This document shows, piece by piece, positions 10,764 through 24,100 of a stretch of DNA of 64,000 nucleotides (position 1 is the stretch's first letter; every line of letters begins with the position of its first letter). A program made the translations under genes and the position numbers. Source of the stretch: Macrostomum lignano. Lineage: Eukaryota. Below the pieces are notes generated by a model. That model worked only from the letters and a program-made list of their open reading frames with translations. It was not told the DNA's origin and did not search any database. The stretch spans positions 1 through 64,000 of the forward strand of contig NIVC01000963.1 of assembly GCA_002269645.1 (NCBI GenBank), in the 5' to 3' direction.

Positions 10764-12347
10764 CAGAGAATAGATATGAGAACTGATCAAATGTCAGAGA
10801 ATAGATATGAGAACTGATCAAATGTCAGAGAATAGATATGAGAACTGCTCAAATGTCAGAGAATAGATGTGAGAACAGCTCAAATGTCAGAGAATAGATA
10901 TGAGAACTGATCAAATGTCAGAGAATAGATGAGAACAACTCGAATGTCAGAGAATAGATATGAGAACTGCTCAAATGTCAGAGAATAGATATGAGAACAG
11001 CTCAAATGTCAGAGAATAGATATGAGAACAACTCAAACGTCAGAGAATAGATTAGAACAGCTCTGAGACCAAAGAATAGATGAGAACAACTCGAATGTCA
11101 GAGAATAGATATGAGAACAGCTCAAATGTCAGAGAATAGATATGAGAACAGCTCAAATGTCAGAGAATAGATGAGAACAACTCAAACGTCAGAGAATAGA
11201 TATGAGAACAGCTCAAATGTCAGAGAATAGATATGAGAACAGCTCAAATTTCAGAGAATAGATATGAGAACTGCTCGAATGTCAGAGAATAGATATGAGA
11301 ACTGCTCAAATGTCAGAGAATAGATATGAGAACTGCTCAAATGTCAGAGAATAGATATGAGAACAGCTCAAATGTCAAAGAATAGATATGAGAACAGCTC
11401 AAATGTCAGAGAATAGATATGAGAACTGATCAAATGTCAGAGAATAGATATGAGAACTGCTCAAATGTCAGAGAATAGATATGAGAACTGCTCAAATGTC
11501 AGAGAATAGATATGAGAACAGCTCAAATGTCAAAGAATAGATATGAGAACAGCTCAAATGTCAGAGAATAGATATGAGAACTGATCAAATGTCAGAGAAT
11601 AGATATGAGAACTGCTCAAATGTCAGAGAATAGATATGAGAACAGCTCAAATGTCAGAGAATAGATATGAGAACAACTCAAATGTCAGAGAATAGATATG
11701 AGAACTGATCAAATGTCAGAGAATAGATATGAGAACAGCTCAAATGTCAGAGAATAGATATGAGAACAACTCAAATGTCAGAGAATAGATATGAGAACTG
11801 ATCAAATGTCAGAGAATAGATATGAGAACAACTCAAACGTCAGAGAATAGATTAGAACAGCTCTGAGACCAAAGAATAGATGAGAACAACTCAAATGTCA
11901 GAGAATAGATATGAGAACTGATCAAATGTCAGAGAATAGATGAGAACAACTCAAACGTCAGAGAATAGATTAGAACAGCTCAGAGACAAAGATTAGATGA
12001 GAACAACTCAAATGTCAGAGAATAGATATGAGAACTGATCAAATGTCAGAGAATAGATATGAGAACAGCTCAAATGTCAAAGAATAGATATGAGAACAGC
12101 TCAAATGTCAGAGAATAGATATGAGAACTGCTCAAATGTCAGAGAATAGATATGAGAACTGCTCAAATGTGAGAGAATAGATATGAGAACAGCTCAAATG
12201 TCAAAGAATAGATATGAGAACAGCTCAAATGTCAGAGAATAGATATGAGAACAACTCAAATGTCAGAGAATAGATATGAGAACTGCTCAAATGTCAGAGA
12301 ATAGATGAGAACAGCTCAGAGACCAAAGAATAGATGAGAACAGCTCA
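10764..12347. repeat. 31-bp minisatellite CAGAGAATAGATATGAGAACTGCTCAAATGT, ~50 copies (intronic)
   Basis: Period 31 checked directly. Confidence 0.95.
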
Positions 12348-12365
12348 GCAGTCAATCAGCCTCAC

Positions 12366-12675
12366 CGCCTTCAGCGGCATCTCCATCTTCACAAACTCAG
12401 CCTCGTGCAGCAGAACGTCAACATCCTTGGCGCGGAAGCCCCAGTAGGTGGACTGGTAGGGCGCCCACTTCTTCCGCTTCGGCGTGTCCTTGGCAACGGG
12501 CAGCTGCAGCTTGAGCTTGTCGATCTGCAGGTCCATTTTGCGGGCGGCGGCCCAGTACAGCTGCCTGGCCGCCACCTTCAGGCGGCACTGCAGCTGGTTG
12601 TCCTCCGGGAACGAGTGGATCTGCGCGTAAAACAGCACGTAGTCAGCGGCCAGCAGCTCCTGCGGGACCTCCATC
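12366..12675 (-). CDS. ANO: Anoctamin N-terminal (dimerisation domain) exon
   Basis: ADYVLFY and DVLLHEAEFVKMEMPLK match anoctamin DYVLVY and WEVL..EAE.LK.KMP motifs; cag/gtgagg boundaries. Confidence 0.8.
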
Positions 12676-13011
12676 CTGACAGGCTTGAGTTGCTGGAATT
12701 AGCGAGCTCTGCTCTGAGTGAGCAGTTAAAATAGCGCTGCCATCACCTGCAGCCCGCTAGCCTGCGTTATCGCTATTTGTGGCGGTCGTTGAGCTCTCAC
12801 GCCACCGCAGGAGAGGGGGGCTGCACTGTTGCCGAGGCGACAAGTGTACAGACCTGAGCGCCTGTCTCTCTTCATCGGAGTCTGTGCGGGCTTGAAATAC
12901 AGCTTTTTTCGTATAGCAGGGCTTCTGTTATGCCCAGTGCTGAGAGGGTACTTGGAGAACTGAGTTTGGGCAGAGGAGAGTTGAATGCCAGTGGCATTCG
13001 TGCTGCGTTTG

Positions 13012-13571
13012 CGAGCTCTACAGTATGAGATGGGTGAGATCTGCGAGCTCTACAGTATGAGATGGGTGAGATCTGCGAGCTCTTCAGTATGAGATGGGTG
13101 GGATCTGCGAGCTCTTTAGTATGAGATGGGTGGGATCTGCGAGCTCTTCAGTATGAGATGGGTGAGATCTGCGAGCTCTACAGTATGAGATGGGTGAGAT
13201 CTGCGAGCTCTACAGTATGAGATGGGTGAGATCTGCGAGCTCTTCAGTATGAGATGGGTGAGATCTGCGAGCTCTACAGTATGACAGGAGTGAGAGTGAC
13301 GGCAGACAGGAGTGAGAGTGACGGCAGACAGGAGTGAGAGTGACGGCAGACAGGAGTGAGAGTGACGGCAGACAGGAGTGAGAGTGACGGCAGACAGGAG
13401 TGAGAGTGACGGCAGACAGGAGTGAGAGTAACGGCAGACAGGAGTGAGAGTGACGGCAGACAGGAGTGAGAGTAACGGCAGACAGGAGTGAGAGTGACGG
13501 CAGACAGGAGTGAGAGTGACGGCAGACAGGAGTGAGAGTGACAGCAGACAAGAGTAAGAGTGACAGCAGAC
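13012..13571. repeat. Adjacent 32-bp and 22-bp minisatellites
   Basis: GAGCTCTACAGTATGAGATGGGTGAGATCTGC x~8, then GACAGGAGTGAGAGTGACGGCA x~13. Confidence 0.95.
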
Positions 13572-13797
13572 GGTGCGCGCTCAGATGTTGAGCACAAATA
13601 ACTCCAAATGAGAAAACAGAAACGAGAAAAAAGTTTTTATTAGGAACTCCTGAAAAATCGGGATCCGTGACGAAATTCTTAACTTGAGCCACTCAGTAGC
13701 GATTTGAGCATTCCGTGTATTTTCTGGTAGGCGCAAAAACTTGGCTCGTGTGGGACAGTGCGATACTGGGGGTGAATTATCTGCAGACAGGGGGCAC

Positions 13798-13911
13798 TGA
13801 GACAGACAGTCAGGCAGACAGACAGACAGACACACAGACAGACAGACAGACAGACAGGCACTAAGACAGGCAGAGAGACAGGCAGGCAGACAGGCAGACA
13901 GGCAGGCAGGC

Positions 13912-13964
<53 letters not shown>

Positions 13965-14019
13965 GGCACTAAGACAGGCAGAGAGACAGGCAGGCAGACA
14001 GGCAGACAGGCAGGCAGGC

Positions 14020-14076
<57 letters not shown>

Positions 14077-14280
14077 CTAAGACAGGCAGAGACAGGCAGG
14101 CAGACAGGCAGGCAGGCAGGCAGACACACAGACAGACAGTCACAGACAGACAAACAGACAGACAAACAGACAGGCACACAGACAGACAGACAGAGAGACA
14201 GACAGGCACACAGACAGACAGACAGACAGAGAGACAGACAAGACAGACAAGCACACAGACAGACACAGACAGACAGACAC
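13798..14280. repeat. Compound (CAGA)n/(CAGG)n microsatellite
   Basis: Direct reading. Confidence 0.95.
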
Positions 14281-14614
14281 GGAAGGCAAGAAGTCAAATT
14301 TGTAAAGTTCATCAGTTTGGTCAACAAATTTGAGCAGGAACAAAGTCAAGCACAAGCATGATAAAAATAGTTATAAGGTCATACGCAAAATTAGCACATT
14401 ATACAAAATCTAATATCCACCAGTTCCTATAAACTGTTTAAGTAAGCTCACTGGGCTTGGCTAAGAAGTATTTGCAAATGAGGGAAGGTGGCCAAACAGC
14501 TCGAACTTACATGGCTCACTGTAAGCAAAAGCGTTCGTTATGAAGTGTGAAAACCGTTCAGGTGATGGCGAAAACGCCTGCCAAGGATGGGAGAGACGGC
14601 GGTCCTTTGAGGGA

Positions 14615-15310
14615 CAACTGAGACAGGGGTGAGACAGTGAGAGACGGGTGACACAGTGAGAGACAGGGGTGAGACAGTGAGAGACAGGGGTGAGACAGTG
14701 AGAGACTGGGGTGAGACAGTGAGAGACAGGGATGAGACAGTAAGAAACAGGGGTGAGACAGTGAGAGACAGGGGTGAGACAGTGAGAGACAGGGGTGACA
14801 GTGAGAAGCACGGGTGAGACAGTGAGAGACAGGGGTGAGACAGTGAGAGACAGGGGTGAGACAGTGAGAAGCACGGGTGAGACAGTGAGAGACAGGGGTG
14901 AGACAGTGAGAGACAGGGGTGAGACAGTGAGAAGCACGGGTGAGACAGTGAGAGACAGGGGTGAGACAGTGAGAAACAGGGATGAGACAGTGAGAGACAG
15001 GGGTGAGACAGTGAGAGACAGGGGTGAGACAGTGAGAAGCACGGGTGAGACAGTGAGAGACAGGGGTGAGACAGTGAGAAAAGGGGGTGAGACAGTGAGA
15101 AAAGGGGGTGAGACAGTGAGAAAAGGGGGTGAGACAGTGAGAAAAGGGGGTGAGACAGTGAGACAGGGGTGAGACAGTGAGAAAAGGGGGTGAGACAGTG
15201 AGAGAAGGGGGTGAGACAGTGAGACAGGGGTGAGACAGTGAGAAAAGGGGGTGAGACAGTGAGACAGGGGTGAGACAACAAACACAGGGGTGAGACAACA
15301 AACACAGGGG
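14615..15310. repeat. 21-bp minisatellite GAGACAGGGGTGAGACAGTGA, ~32 copies
   Basis: Period 21 checked directly. Confidence 0.95.
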
Positions 15311-15374
15311 TTAGTACACAGGGCCACACAATGTCAATAAGCGAGCAGGCGGTCATTCACATGTAGCATGAGGC

Positions 15375-15530
15375 TTAGCAGGGGTTCTCATCTTGGTCCG
15401 CTTCCTCCGTGTCCGGGTTCACCTCGTGGGCGGTCAGCTTGGATCGCTGCAGTGGAGGCGGGTTACAATACAGGTTCAAGTGCGACGTTGGTGAGATGGC
15501 AGCTTGAGCACGCAGATCTGTACGCTCGAA
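15375..15530 (-). CDS. Possible terminal (cytoplasmic tail) exon of the LDLR-family gene
   Basis: Unique sequence downstream of the TM exon. Candidate acceptors do not fit the donor phase cleanly; no canonical NPxY. Confidence 0.3.
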   Translation of the reverse strand, partial: FERTDLRAQAAISPTSHLNLYCNPPPLQRSKLTAHEVNPDTEEADQDENPC

Positions 15531-15574
15531 AACTGGATACAGGACCCACAACTCGAAATCCTGAATCGTCAGCC

Positions 15575-15765
15575 TGAAACCCCAAATTCCCAGCCAGAGA
15601 TAACAAATCCCCAGCCTGAAATCACAAATCCCCAGTTTGAAATCCCGAATTCCCAGCCTGAAATCCCAAATCCCCAACCTGAAATCCCAAATCCCCAACC
15701 TGATGTCCCAAATCCCCAGTCTGAAATCCCAAATCCCCAACTTGAAATCCCAGGTCCCCAGCCTC
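15575..15765. repeat. 21-bp minisatellite CAGCCTGAAATCCCAAATCCC, starting at the splice donor
   Basis: About 9 copies immediately after gtgagg. Confidence 0.9.
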
Positions 15766-15767
15766 AC

Positions 15768-16357
15768 CGAGTTGATCTTGGGCAGGCCGGTGGCCTCAGT
15801 GGAGCGGTTCAATCGCCGGTGCCGCCTCAGGCATGCAGCAGCGAGCGCGGCGCCGGCGGCCAGGCACAGCAGGAGGCCCGACACGGCCACCGCGGCAGCT
15901 ACGAGGCTTTGCTGTTGCCCGGCCGCCGCATCGGAGCCGTCCTGAGCAGCTCCGGTGGACTCGGCCGCGACCGGCTCCGGCTGCTTCCGGCCGGGCTTAC
16001 GGCCAGCATCGCCGCTCGGCACGCAGACTCCGTCCTTCATCACGCTGAGCTGGTCGCACAAGCAGACGGGGCTGCCGCCAGCCTGGATGCAGATGTGACC
16101 ACCGCAGGTGCACCGCCTGCTGCCCGCCTGACCTCCCAGCGCCTGCCGCACCGAGTGGTACACCACTGCCGACAGCACCGAGCCGCTGTGCTCCGGCGGC
16201 AGCACCAGCTTCAGCGGCTGGCCCGCGAATTTGTCGATGGAGTAAACGGCGCCGGCGCGCAGGTCGCTCCAGAGCAGGCGGTCCTCGAACTGCGCCAGGC
16301 CCAGCGGGATGCCGTCGTAGCCGCTGCCCATGTGCCAGATGGCCCGCCTGTCCGAGC
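15768..16357 (-). CDS. LDLR-family exon 5: last YWTD repeats, EGF-C, transmembrane helix
   Basis: LLWSD repeat, CTCGGHICIQ...CLCD...GVC EGF, TM LVAAAVAVSGLLLCLAAGAALAAAC followed by RRHRR; 590 nt, phase 1-0. Confidence 0.85.
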
Positions 16358-16362
16358 CTGCG

Positions 16363-16862
16363 GGCGGGGTTTATGGCTGTGGATTGGGGTTTATGGCTGT
16401 GGATTGGGGTTTATGGCTGTGGATTGGGGTTTATGGCTGTGGATTGGGGTTTATGGCTGTGGATTGGGTTTTATGGCTGTGGATTGGGGTTTATGGCTGT
16501 GGCATGGGGTTTATGGCTGTGGATTGGGGTATATGGCTGTGGATTGGGGTTTATGGCTGTGGATTGGGGTTTATGGCTGTGGATTGGGGTTTATGACTGT
16601 GGATTGAGGTTTATGGCTGTGGATTGGGGTATATGGCTGTGGATTGGGGTTTATGGCTGTGGATTGGGGTATATGGCTGTGGATTGGGGTTTATGGCTGT
16701 GGATTGGGGTTTATGGCTGTGGATTGGGGTTTATGGCTGTGGCATGGGGTTTATGGCTGTGGATTGGGGTATATGGCTGTGGATTGGGGTTTATGGCTGT
16801 GGATTGGGGTATATGGCTGTGGATTGGGGTTTATGGCTGTGGATTGGGGTTTATGGCTGCGG
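16363..16862 (-). repeat. 20-bp minisatellite CCATAAACCCCAATCCACAG (sense), ~25 copies, resembling the adjacent splice acceptor
   Basis: The real acceptor reads CCATAAACCCCGCCCGCAG. Confidence 0.9.
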
Positions 16863-16987
16863 ATTGCAGGGTTCATGGCTACGGGGTGGGGTTTAAAGCA
16901 AAAGGGAGAGGGGGTTTGTCCAGGGATTTATGTCCCGGGGTTTCAGACCCTGCGCCAGGCGCGCTGGATTGGAAGCCCCTAACAAAC

Positions 16988-17510
16988 CGTTGAGCCTGGC
17001 GGAGAAGACGCCCCTCAGCTCCATGTCCAGCCAGTACAGCCGGCCCTGCTCGCTGTCCAGCGCCAGGTGTCCGGGCGCGCCCCGGCCGCCAGTCAGCAGC
17101 GGGCGCAGCTCGGAGCCGTCCATGCGCAGGGTGTACAGGCCGGGCCGGGCGCCGCACCACAGGCTGATGTACAGAAGGCCCCTGGCCGGGTCCGCAGCCA
17201 GGCCCCTTGGGCAGGTGAGCCTGGCCAGCCAGGTGTACCGGCCGTGGTCCACGTTGAGCACCCCGACGCCGCCGCTGTTGTTGCGGGCGTCGGCGGCGTC
17301 GGGCACCAGGTAGAACAGCAGGCCGCGGGTCCAGTCGTAGGCGATGGCGTCCAGCACGGCGTCGCGCATGAGGATTTCGGCCGGGGCTGCCGGGCGGTCC
17401 AGCCGCAGGCGGCCCACCTGACCGTCGCGGGTGTGGAAGAACACGAGCCGCCTGCTGGAGTCGAAGTCCAGGAACTTCACCAGCTTCAGCTCGGAGCCGC
17501 CGTCAGTCAG
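16988..17510 (-). CDS. LDLR-family exon 4: YWTD beta-propeller
   Basis: AIAYDWTRGLLFYL, PRGLAADPARGLLYISL, GHLALDSEQGRLYWLD; 523 nt, phase 0-1. Confidence 0.9.
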
Positions 17511-17614
17511 CTGCAATGTCGGAGCGAATTACTTTCAGCACTCACCGCTGGCTTAGCAGGGCTGGGAATATCACAAATCTCACTGTTATGCCGCATCTCA
17601 TCTCATCTTACGTC

Positions 17615-19040
17615 ACCCTATCTCACCGAATCCCCCCTATCTCCCCCTATCTCACCGAATCCCCCCAAATTCCCCTATCTCACCGAATCCCCCCTATCTC
17701 CCCCTATCTCACCGAATCCCCCCAAATTCCCCTATCTCACCGAATCCCCCCAAATTCCCCTATCTCACCGAATCCCCCCAAATTCCCCTATCTCACCGAA
17801 TCCCTCCAAATTCCCCTATCTCACCGAATCCCCCCAAATTCCCCTATCTCACCGAATCCCCCTATCTCACCGAATCCCCCTATCTCACCGAATCCCCCCA
17901 TCTCACCGAATCCCCCTATCTCACCGAATCTCCCTATCTCACCGAATCTCCCCTATCTCACCGAATCTCCCCTATCTCACCGAATCCCCCTATCTCACCG
18001 AATCCCCCTATCTCACCGAATCCCCCTATCTCACCGAATCCCCCTATCTCACCGAATCCCCCTATCTCACCGAATCCCCCTATCTCACCGAATCTCCCCT
18101 ATCTCACCGAATCTCCCCTATCTCACCGAATCCCCCCTATCTCCCCCTATCTCAACCTATCTCACCGAATCCCCCTATCTCACCGAATCCCCCTATCTCA
18201 CCGAATCCCCCTATCTCACCGAATCTCCCCTATCTCACCGAATCTCCCCTATCTCACCGAATCCCCCCTATCTCCCCCTATCTCAACCTATCTCACCGAA
18301 TCCCCCTATCTCACCGAATCTCCCCTATCTCACCGAATCCCCCTATCTCACCGAATCCCCCTATCTCACCGAATCCCCCTATCTCACCGAATCCCCCTAT
18401 CTCACCGAATCCCCCTATCTCACCGAATCCCCCTATCTCACCGAATCTCCCCTATCTCACCGAATCTCCCCTATCTCACCGAATCCCCCTATCTCCCCCT
18501 ATCTCAACCTATCTCACCGAATCCCCCTATCTCACCGAATCCCCCTATCTCACCGAATCCCCCTATCTCACCGAATCCCCCTATCTCACCGAATCCCCCT
18601 ATCTCACCGAATCTCCCCTATCTCACCGAATCTCCCCTATCTCACCGAATCCCCCCTATCTCCCCCTATCTCAACCTATCTCACCGAATCCCCCTATCTC
18701 ACCGAATCCCCCTATCTCACCGAATCCCCCTATCTCACCGAATCTCCCCTATCTCACCGAATCCCCCTATCTCACCGAATCCCCTCTATCTCCCCCTATC
18801 TCAACCTATCTCACCGAATCCCCCTATCTCACCGAATCCCCCTATCTCACCGAATCCCCCTATCTCACCGAATCCCCCTATCTCACCGAATCCCCCTATC
18901 TCACCGAATCTCCCCTATCTCACCGAATCCCCCTATCTCACCAAATCCCCTCTATCTCACCAAATCCCCTCTATCTCACCGAATCCCCCTATCTCACCGA
19001 ATCTCCCCTATCTCCTCCTCATAGAATCTCCCCCTATCTC
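17615..19040. repeat. 18-20-bp minisatellite CTATCTCACCGAATCCCC (intronic)
   Basis: Tandem units. Confidence 0.95.
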
Positions 19041-19659
19041 ACCCCTGAGCTAGCCGAATCTCACCTAATCTCACTTATAGACATACCCATAGATCTTATT
19101 CTTACATCCCATATGAGCTTTGACACCAAAGCCTCCCTTTAAGCCATGGCTTAACCTTCACTCTCCCTGTAATGCTTGGCCTACCAACAACTCCCAATTG
19201 GCCTCTTGGCATTTCAGCAAACCCATATAAGCCTTGAACTCTCAGCAACCCCCCCACGAGCAGTTGCATATTCCTGCTCCTAAGTAGCAATATAAGAATT
19301 TCGCCATATAAAATTGCAAGCTATTTAAAGCTGCAGTGACCAGCTCACAATTTCTGGGACTGCTCAATGCCAGTTTGAGCAACAGAGAAAATTTTGGAGA
19401 GCCGTTAGACAATAAAAAACAAGAATTTTTTAAAGCAGAGAAAAGTTGGCATCTTAGATAAGGCCAGAAGCAGTACACAAGACGGGTCAGGAGAGAGGGT
19501 GAGCCAGACAGAATTGTCACGAGAATGCGAAACTGATGTCGGATGCAGAGCTCTACAGACACTGTAGGTTGAGACTCGCTCAGGTACTAACATATCAGAT
19601 GGCTGACATGGGGTGAAGTAGGGTGAGCTGCAGTGAGATAAGCTTCAGGAGACAATGGT

Positions 19660-20680
19660 GCGAAATGAGTGAGATGGGGTGAGACAGGGTGAGGTGGGTG
19701 AGACAGGGTGAGATGAGATGACATGAGGTGAGACAGGGTGAGATGAGATGACATGAGGTGAGACAGGGTGAGATGAGATGACATGAGGTGAGACAGGGTG
19801 AGATGAGATGACATGAGGTGAGACAGGGTGAAATGAGATGACATGAGGTGAGACAGGGTGAGATGAGATGACATGAGGTGAGACAGGGTGAAATGAGATG
19901 ACATGAGGTGAGACAGGGTGAGGTAAGGTGAGACAGGGTGAGATAAGATGACATGAGGTGAGACAGGGTGAAATGAGATGACATGAGGTGAGACAGGGTG
20001 AGGTAAGGTGAGACAGGAAGAGATGAGATGACATAAGGTGAGACAGGGTGAGACAGGGTGAGATGAGGTGACATGAGGTAAGACAGGGTCAGATGAGGTG
20101 AGACAGGGTCAGTTGAGGTAAGACAGGGTCAGATGAGTTGAGACAGGGTTAGATGAGGTGAGACAGGGTCAGATGAGGTGAGACAGGGTCAGTTGAGGTA
20201 AGACAGGGTCAGATGAGGTGAGACAGGGTCAGATGAGGTGAGACAGGGTCAGATGAGGTGAGACAGGGTCAGTTGAGGTAAGACAGGGTCAGATGAGGTG
20301 AGACAGGGTCAGATTAGGTGAGACAGGGTCAGATGAGGTGAGACAGGGTCAGTTGAGGTAAGACAGGGTCAGATGAGGTGAGACAGGGTCAGATGAGGTG
20401 AGACAGGGTCAGATGAGGTGAGACAGGGTCAGTTGAGGTAAGACAGGGTCAGATGAGGTGAGACAGGGTCAGATTAGGAGACAGGGTCAGATGAGGTGAG
20501 ACAGGGTCAGATGAGGTGAGACAGGGTCAGATGAGGTGAGACAGGGTGAGATAGGGTCAGATGAGGTAAGATGAGGTGAGACAGGGTGAGAGGTGAGACA
20601 GGATGAGATGGGGTGAGATAGGGTGAGACAGGATGATATGGGGTGAGATAGGGTGAGACAGGATGAGATGGGGTGAGACT
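19660..20680. repeat. Minisatellite of 10-bp modules GAGACAGGGT/GAGATGAGGT (30- and 20-bp periods; intronic)
   Basis: Tandem units. Confidence 0.95.
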
Positions 20681-20688
20681 AGGCTCAC

Positions 20689-21117
20689 TTTGGTGACGGC
20701 CTTCGTGTCGGAGTCGAGCAGCCTCACGCCAGCCTGGGTGGAGTAGAGCAGCTTGGGGGCTCCCACAGCCCTGCAGCGGCGGCCGTCCTTGCCATCGGGC
20801 AGGTAGCCGGGCAGGCAGGAGCAGGCCGGGCCTGTCGGGGTGCTCCGGCAGCGGTGGTCGCAGGTGCCGAACTCCTCGGTGCACTCGTCAGCCACCTGGC
20901 AGGCGCCCGCAACGGAGCGGCGGCCCGGGGGCAGCCAGCCGAGTCTGGCAGGGCGGAAGCCGATGGGTCCGGCAGGGCGGTGGGCGCGGGCGCTGTGGCG
21001 CAGCCCCGCTCGTCGCTGCCGTCTGGGCAGTGCAGGAGGCCGTCGCAGCGCTGCTTCACTGGGATGCAGTGCTGCCCGTTCTTGCAGGTCCAGTAGGAGT
21101 CCGTGGCGCAGAGCACT
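20689..21117 (-). CDS. LDLR-family exon 3: LDLa repeat + EGF-A/EGF-B (contains a frameshift)
   Basis: CATDSYWTCKNGQHC...CDGLLHCPDGSDERGC, then after a frame change ADECTEEFGTCDHRCRSTPTGPACSCLPGY...RC. Confidence 0.8.
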
Positions 21118-21164
21118 CTGCGATTGGGATTGGGGAAATCACCTGTGCGACATCGCCTGAGGCA

Positions 21165-24100
21165 GACACCTACCTGTCTATGGGGCAGACACTCACCTGT
21201 CTATGGAACCGACACTCACCTGTCTATAAGGCAGACACTCACCTGTCTATGGGGCAGACACTCACCTGTCTATGGGGCAGAAACTCACCTGTCTATGGGG
21301 CAGAAACTCACCTGTCTATGGAGCAGAAACTCACCTGTCTATGAGGCAGAAACTCACCTGTCTATGGAGCAGACACTAATCTGTCTATGGGGCAGAAACT
21401 CACCTGTCTATGGGGCAGAAACTCACCTGTCTATGGAGCAGAAACTCACCTGTCTATAGGGCAGAAACTCACCTGTCTATGGGGCAGAAACTCACCTGTC
21501 TATGGAGCAGACACTCATCTGTCTATGGGGCAGACACTCACCTGTCTATGGAGCAGACACTCATCTGTCTATGGGGCAGACACTCATCTGTCTATGGGGC
21601 AGACACTCATCTGTCTATGGGGCAGACACTCACCTGTCTATGAAGCAGACACTCATCTGTCTATGGGGCAGAAACTCATCTGTCTATGGGGCAGAAACTC
21701 ACCTGTTTATGGGGCAGAAACTCACCTGTCTATGGAGCAGACACTCATCTGTCTATGGGGCAGACACTCATCTGTCTATGGAGCAGACACTCACCTATCT
21801 ATGGGGCAGACACTCACCTGTCTATGGGGCAGACACTCACCTGTCTATGGGGCAGACACTCATCTGTCTATGGGGCAGAAACTCATCTGTCTATGGAGCA
21901 GACACTCATCTGTCTATGGGGCAGACACTCACCTATCTATGGGGCAGAAACTCACCTGTCTATGTGGCAGACACTCACCTATCTATGGGGCAGACACTCA
22001 CCTGTCTATGAGGCAGACACTCACCTGTCTATGGGGCAGAAACTCACCTGTCTATGGGGCAGACACTCACCTGTCTATGGAGCAGACACTCATCTGTCTA
22101 TGGGGCAGACACTTATCTGTCTATGGGGCAGAAACTCATCTGTCTATGGAGCAGACACTCATCTGTCTATGGGGCAGACACTCACCTGTCTATGGGGCAG
22201 ACACTCATCTGTCTATGGGGCAGAAACTCATCTGTCTATGGAGCAGACACTCATCTGTCTATGGGGCAGACACTCACCTATCTATGGGGCAGACACTTAT
22301 CTGTCTATGGGGCAGAAACTCATCTGTCTATGGGGCAGACACTCACCTGTCTATGGGACAGACACTCACCTTATCTATGGGGCAGACACTCACCTGTCTA
22401 TGAGGCAGACACTCACCTGTCTATGGGGCAGAAACTCACCTGTCTATGGGGCAGAAACTCACCTGTCTATGGAGCAGACACTCATCTGTCTATGGGGCAG
22501 ACACTTATCTGTCTATGGGGCAGAAACTCATCTGTCTATGGAGCAGACACTCATCTGTCTATGGGGCAGACACTCACCTGTCTATGGGGCATACACTCAT
22601 CTGTCTATGGGGCAGAAACTCATCTGTCTATGGAGCAGACACTCATCTGTCTATGGGGCAGACACTCACCTATCTATGGGGCAGACACTTATCTGTCTAT
22701 GGGGCAGAAACTCATCTGTCTATGGGGCAGACACTCACCTGTCTATGGGACAGACACTCACCTATCTATGGGGCAGACACTCACCTGTCTATGAGGCAGA
22801 CACTCACCTGTCTATGGGGCAGACACTCATCTGTCTATGGGGCAGAAACTCATCTGTCTATGGAGCAGACACTCATCTGTCTATGGGGCAGACACTCACC
22901 TATCTATGGGGCAGAAACTCACCTGTCTATGGAGCAGACACTCACCTATCTATGGGGCAGACACTCACCTGTCTATGAGGCAGACACTCACCTGTCTATG
23001 GGGCAGACACTCATCTGTCTATGGGGCAGAAACTCATCTGTCTATGGAGCAGACACTCATCTGTCTATGGGGCAGACACTCACCTATCTATGGGGCAGAA
23101 ACTCACCTGTCTATGTGGCAGACACTCACCTATCTATGGGGCAGAAACTCACCTGTCTATGAGGCAGACACTCACCTGTCTATGGGGCAGAAACTCATCT
23201 GTCTATGGGGCAGAAACTCACCTGTCTATGGAGCAGACACTCATCTGTCTATGGGGCAGACACTTATCTGTCTATGGGGCAGAAACTCATCTGTCTATGG
23301 AGCAGACACTCATCTGTCTATGGGGCAGACACTCACCTATCTATGGGGCATACACTCATCTGTCTATGGGGCAGAAACTCATCTGTCTATGGGGCAGAAA
23401 CTCATCTGTCTATGGAGCAGACACTCATCTGTCTATGGGGCAGACACTCACCTATCTATGGGGCAGAAACTCACCTGTCTATGTGGCAGACACTCACCTA
23501 TCTATGGGGCAGACACTCACCTGTCTATGGGGCAGACACTCACCTGTCTATGGGGCAGAAACTCACCTGTCTATGGGACAGAAACTCACCTGTCTATGGA
23601 GCAGACACTCATCTGTCTATGGGGCAGACACTCACCTATCTATGGGGCAGACACTCACCTATCTATGGGGCAGAAACTCACCTGTCTATGTGGCAGACAC
23701 TCACCTATCTATGGGGCAGACACTCACCTGTCTATGAGGCAGACACTCACCTGTCTATGGGGCAGACACTCATCTGTTTATGGGGCAGAAACTCATCTGT
23801 CTATGGAGCAGACACTCATCTGTCTATGGGGCAGACACTCACCTATCTATGGGGCAGAAACTCACCTGTCTATGTGGCAGACACTCACCTATCTATGTGG
23901 CAGACACTCACCTGTCTATGGGGCAGACACTCATCTGTCTATGGGGCAGAAACTCACCTGTCTATGGGGCAGAAACTCACCTGTCTATGGAGCAGACACT
24001 CATCTGTCTATGGGGCAGACACTCACCTATCTATGGGGCATACACTCATCTGTCTATGGGGCAGAAACTCATCTGTCTATGGGGCAGACACTCACCTATC

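Noticed and set aside
10764-12347. CRISPR-like appearance of the 31-40-bp arrays (also 27430, 40866, 41345)
   Set aside because: Units are head-to-tail with no unique spacers; eukaryotic context; no cas genes.
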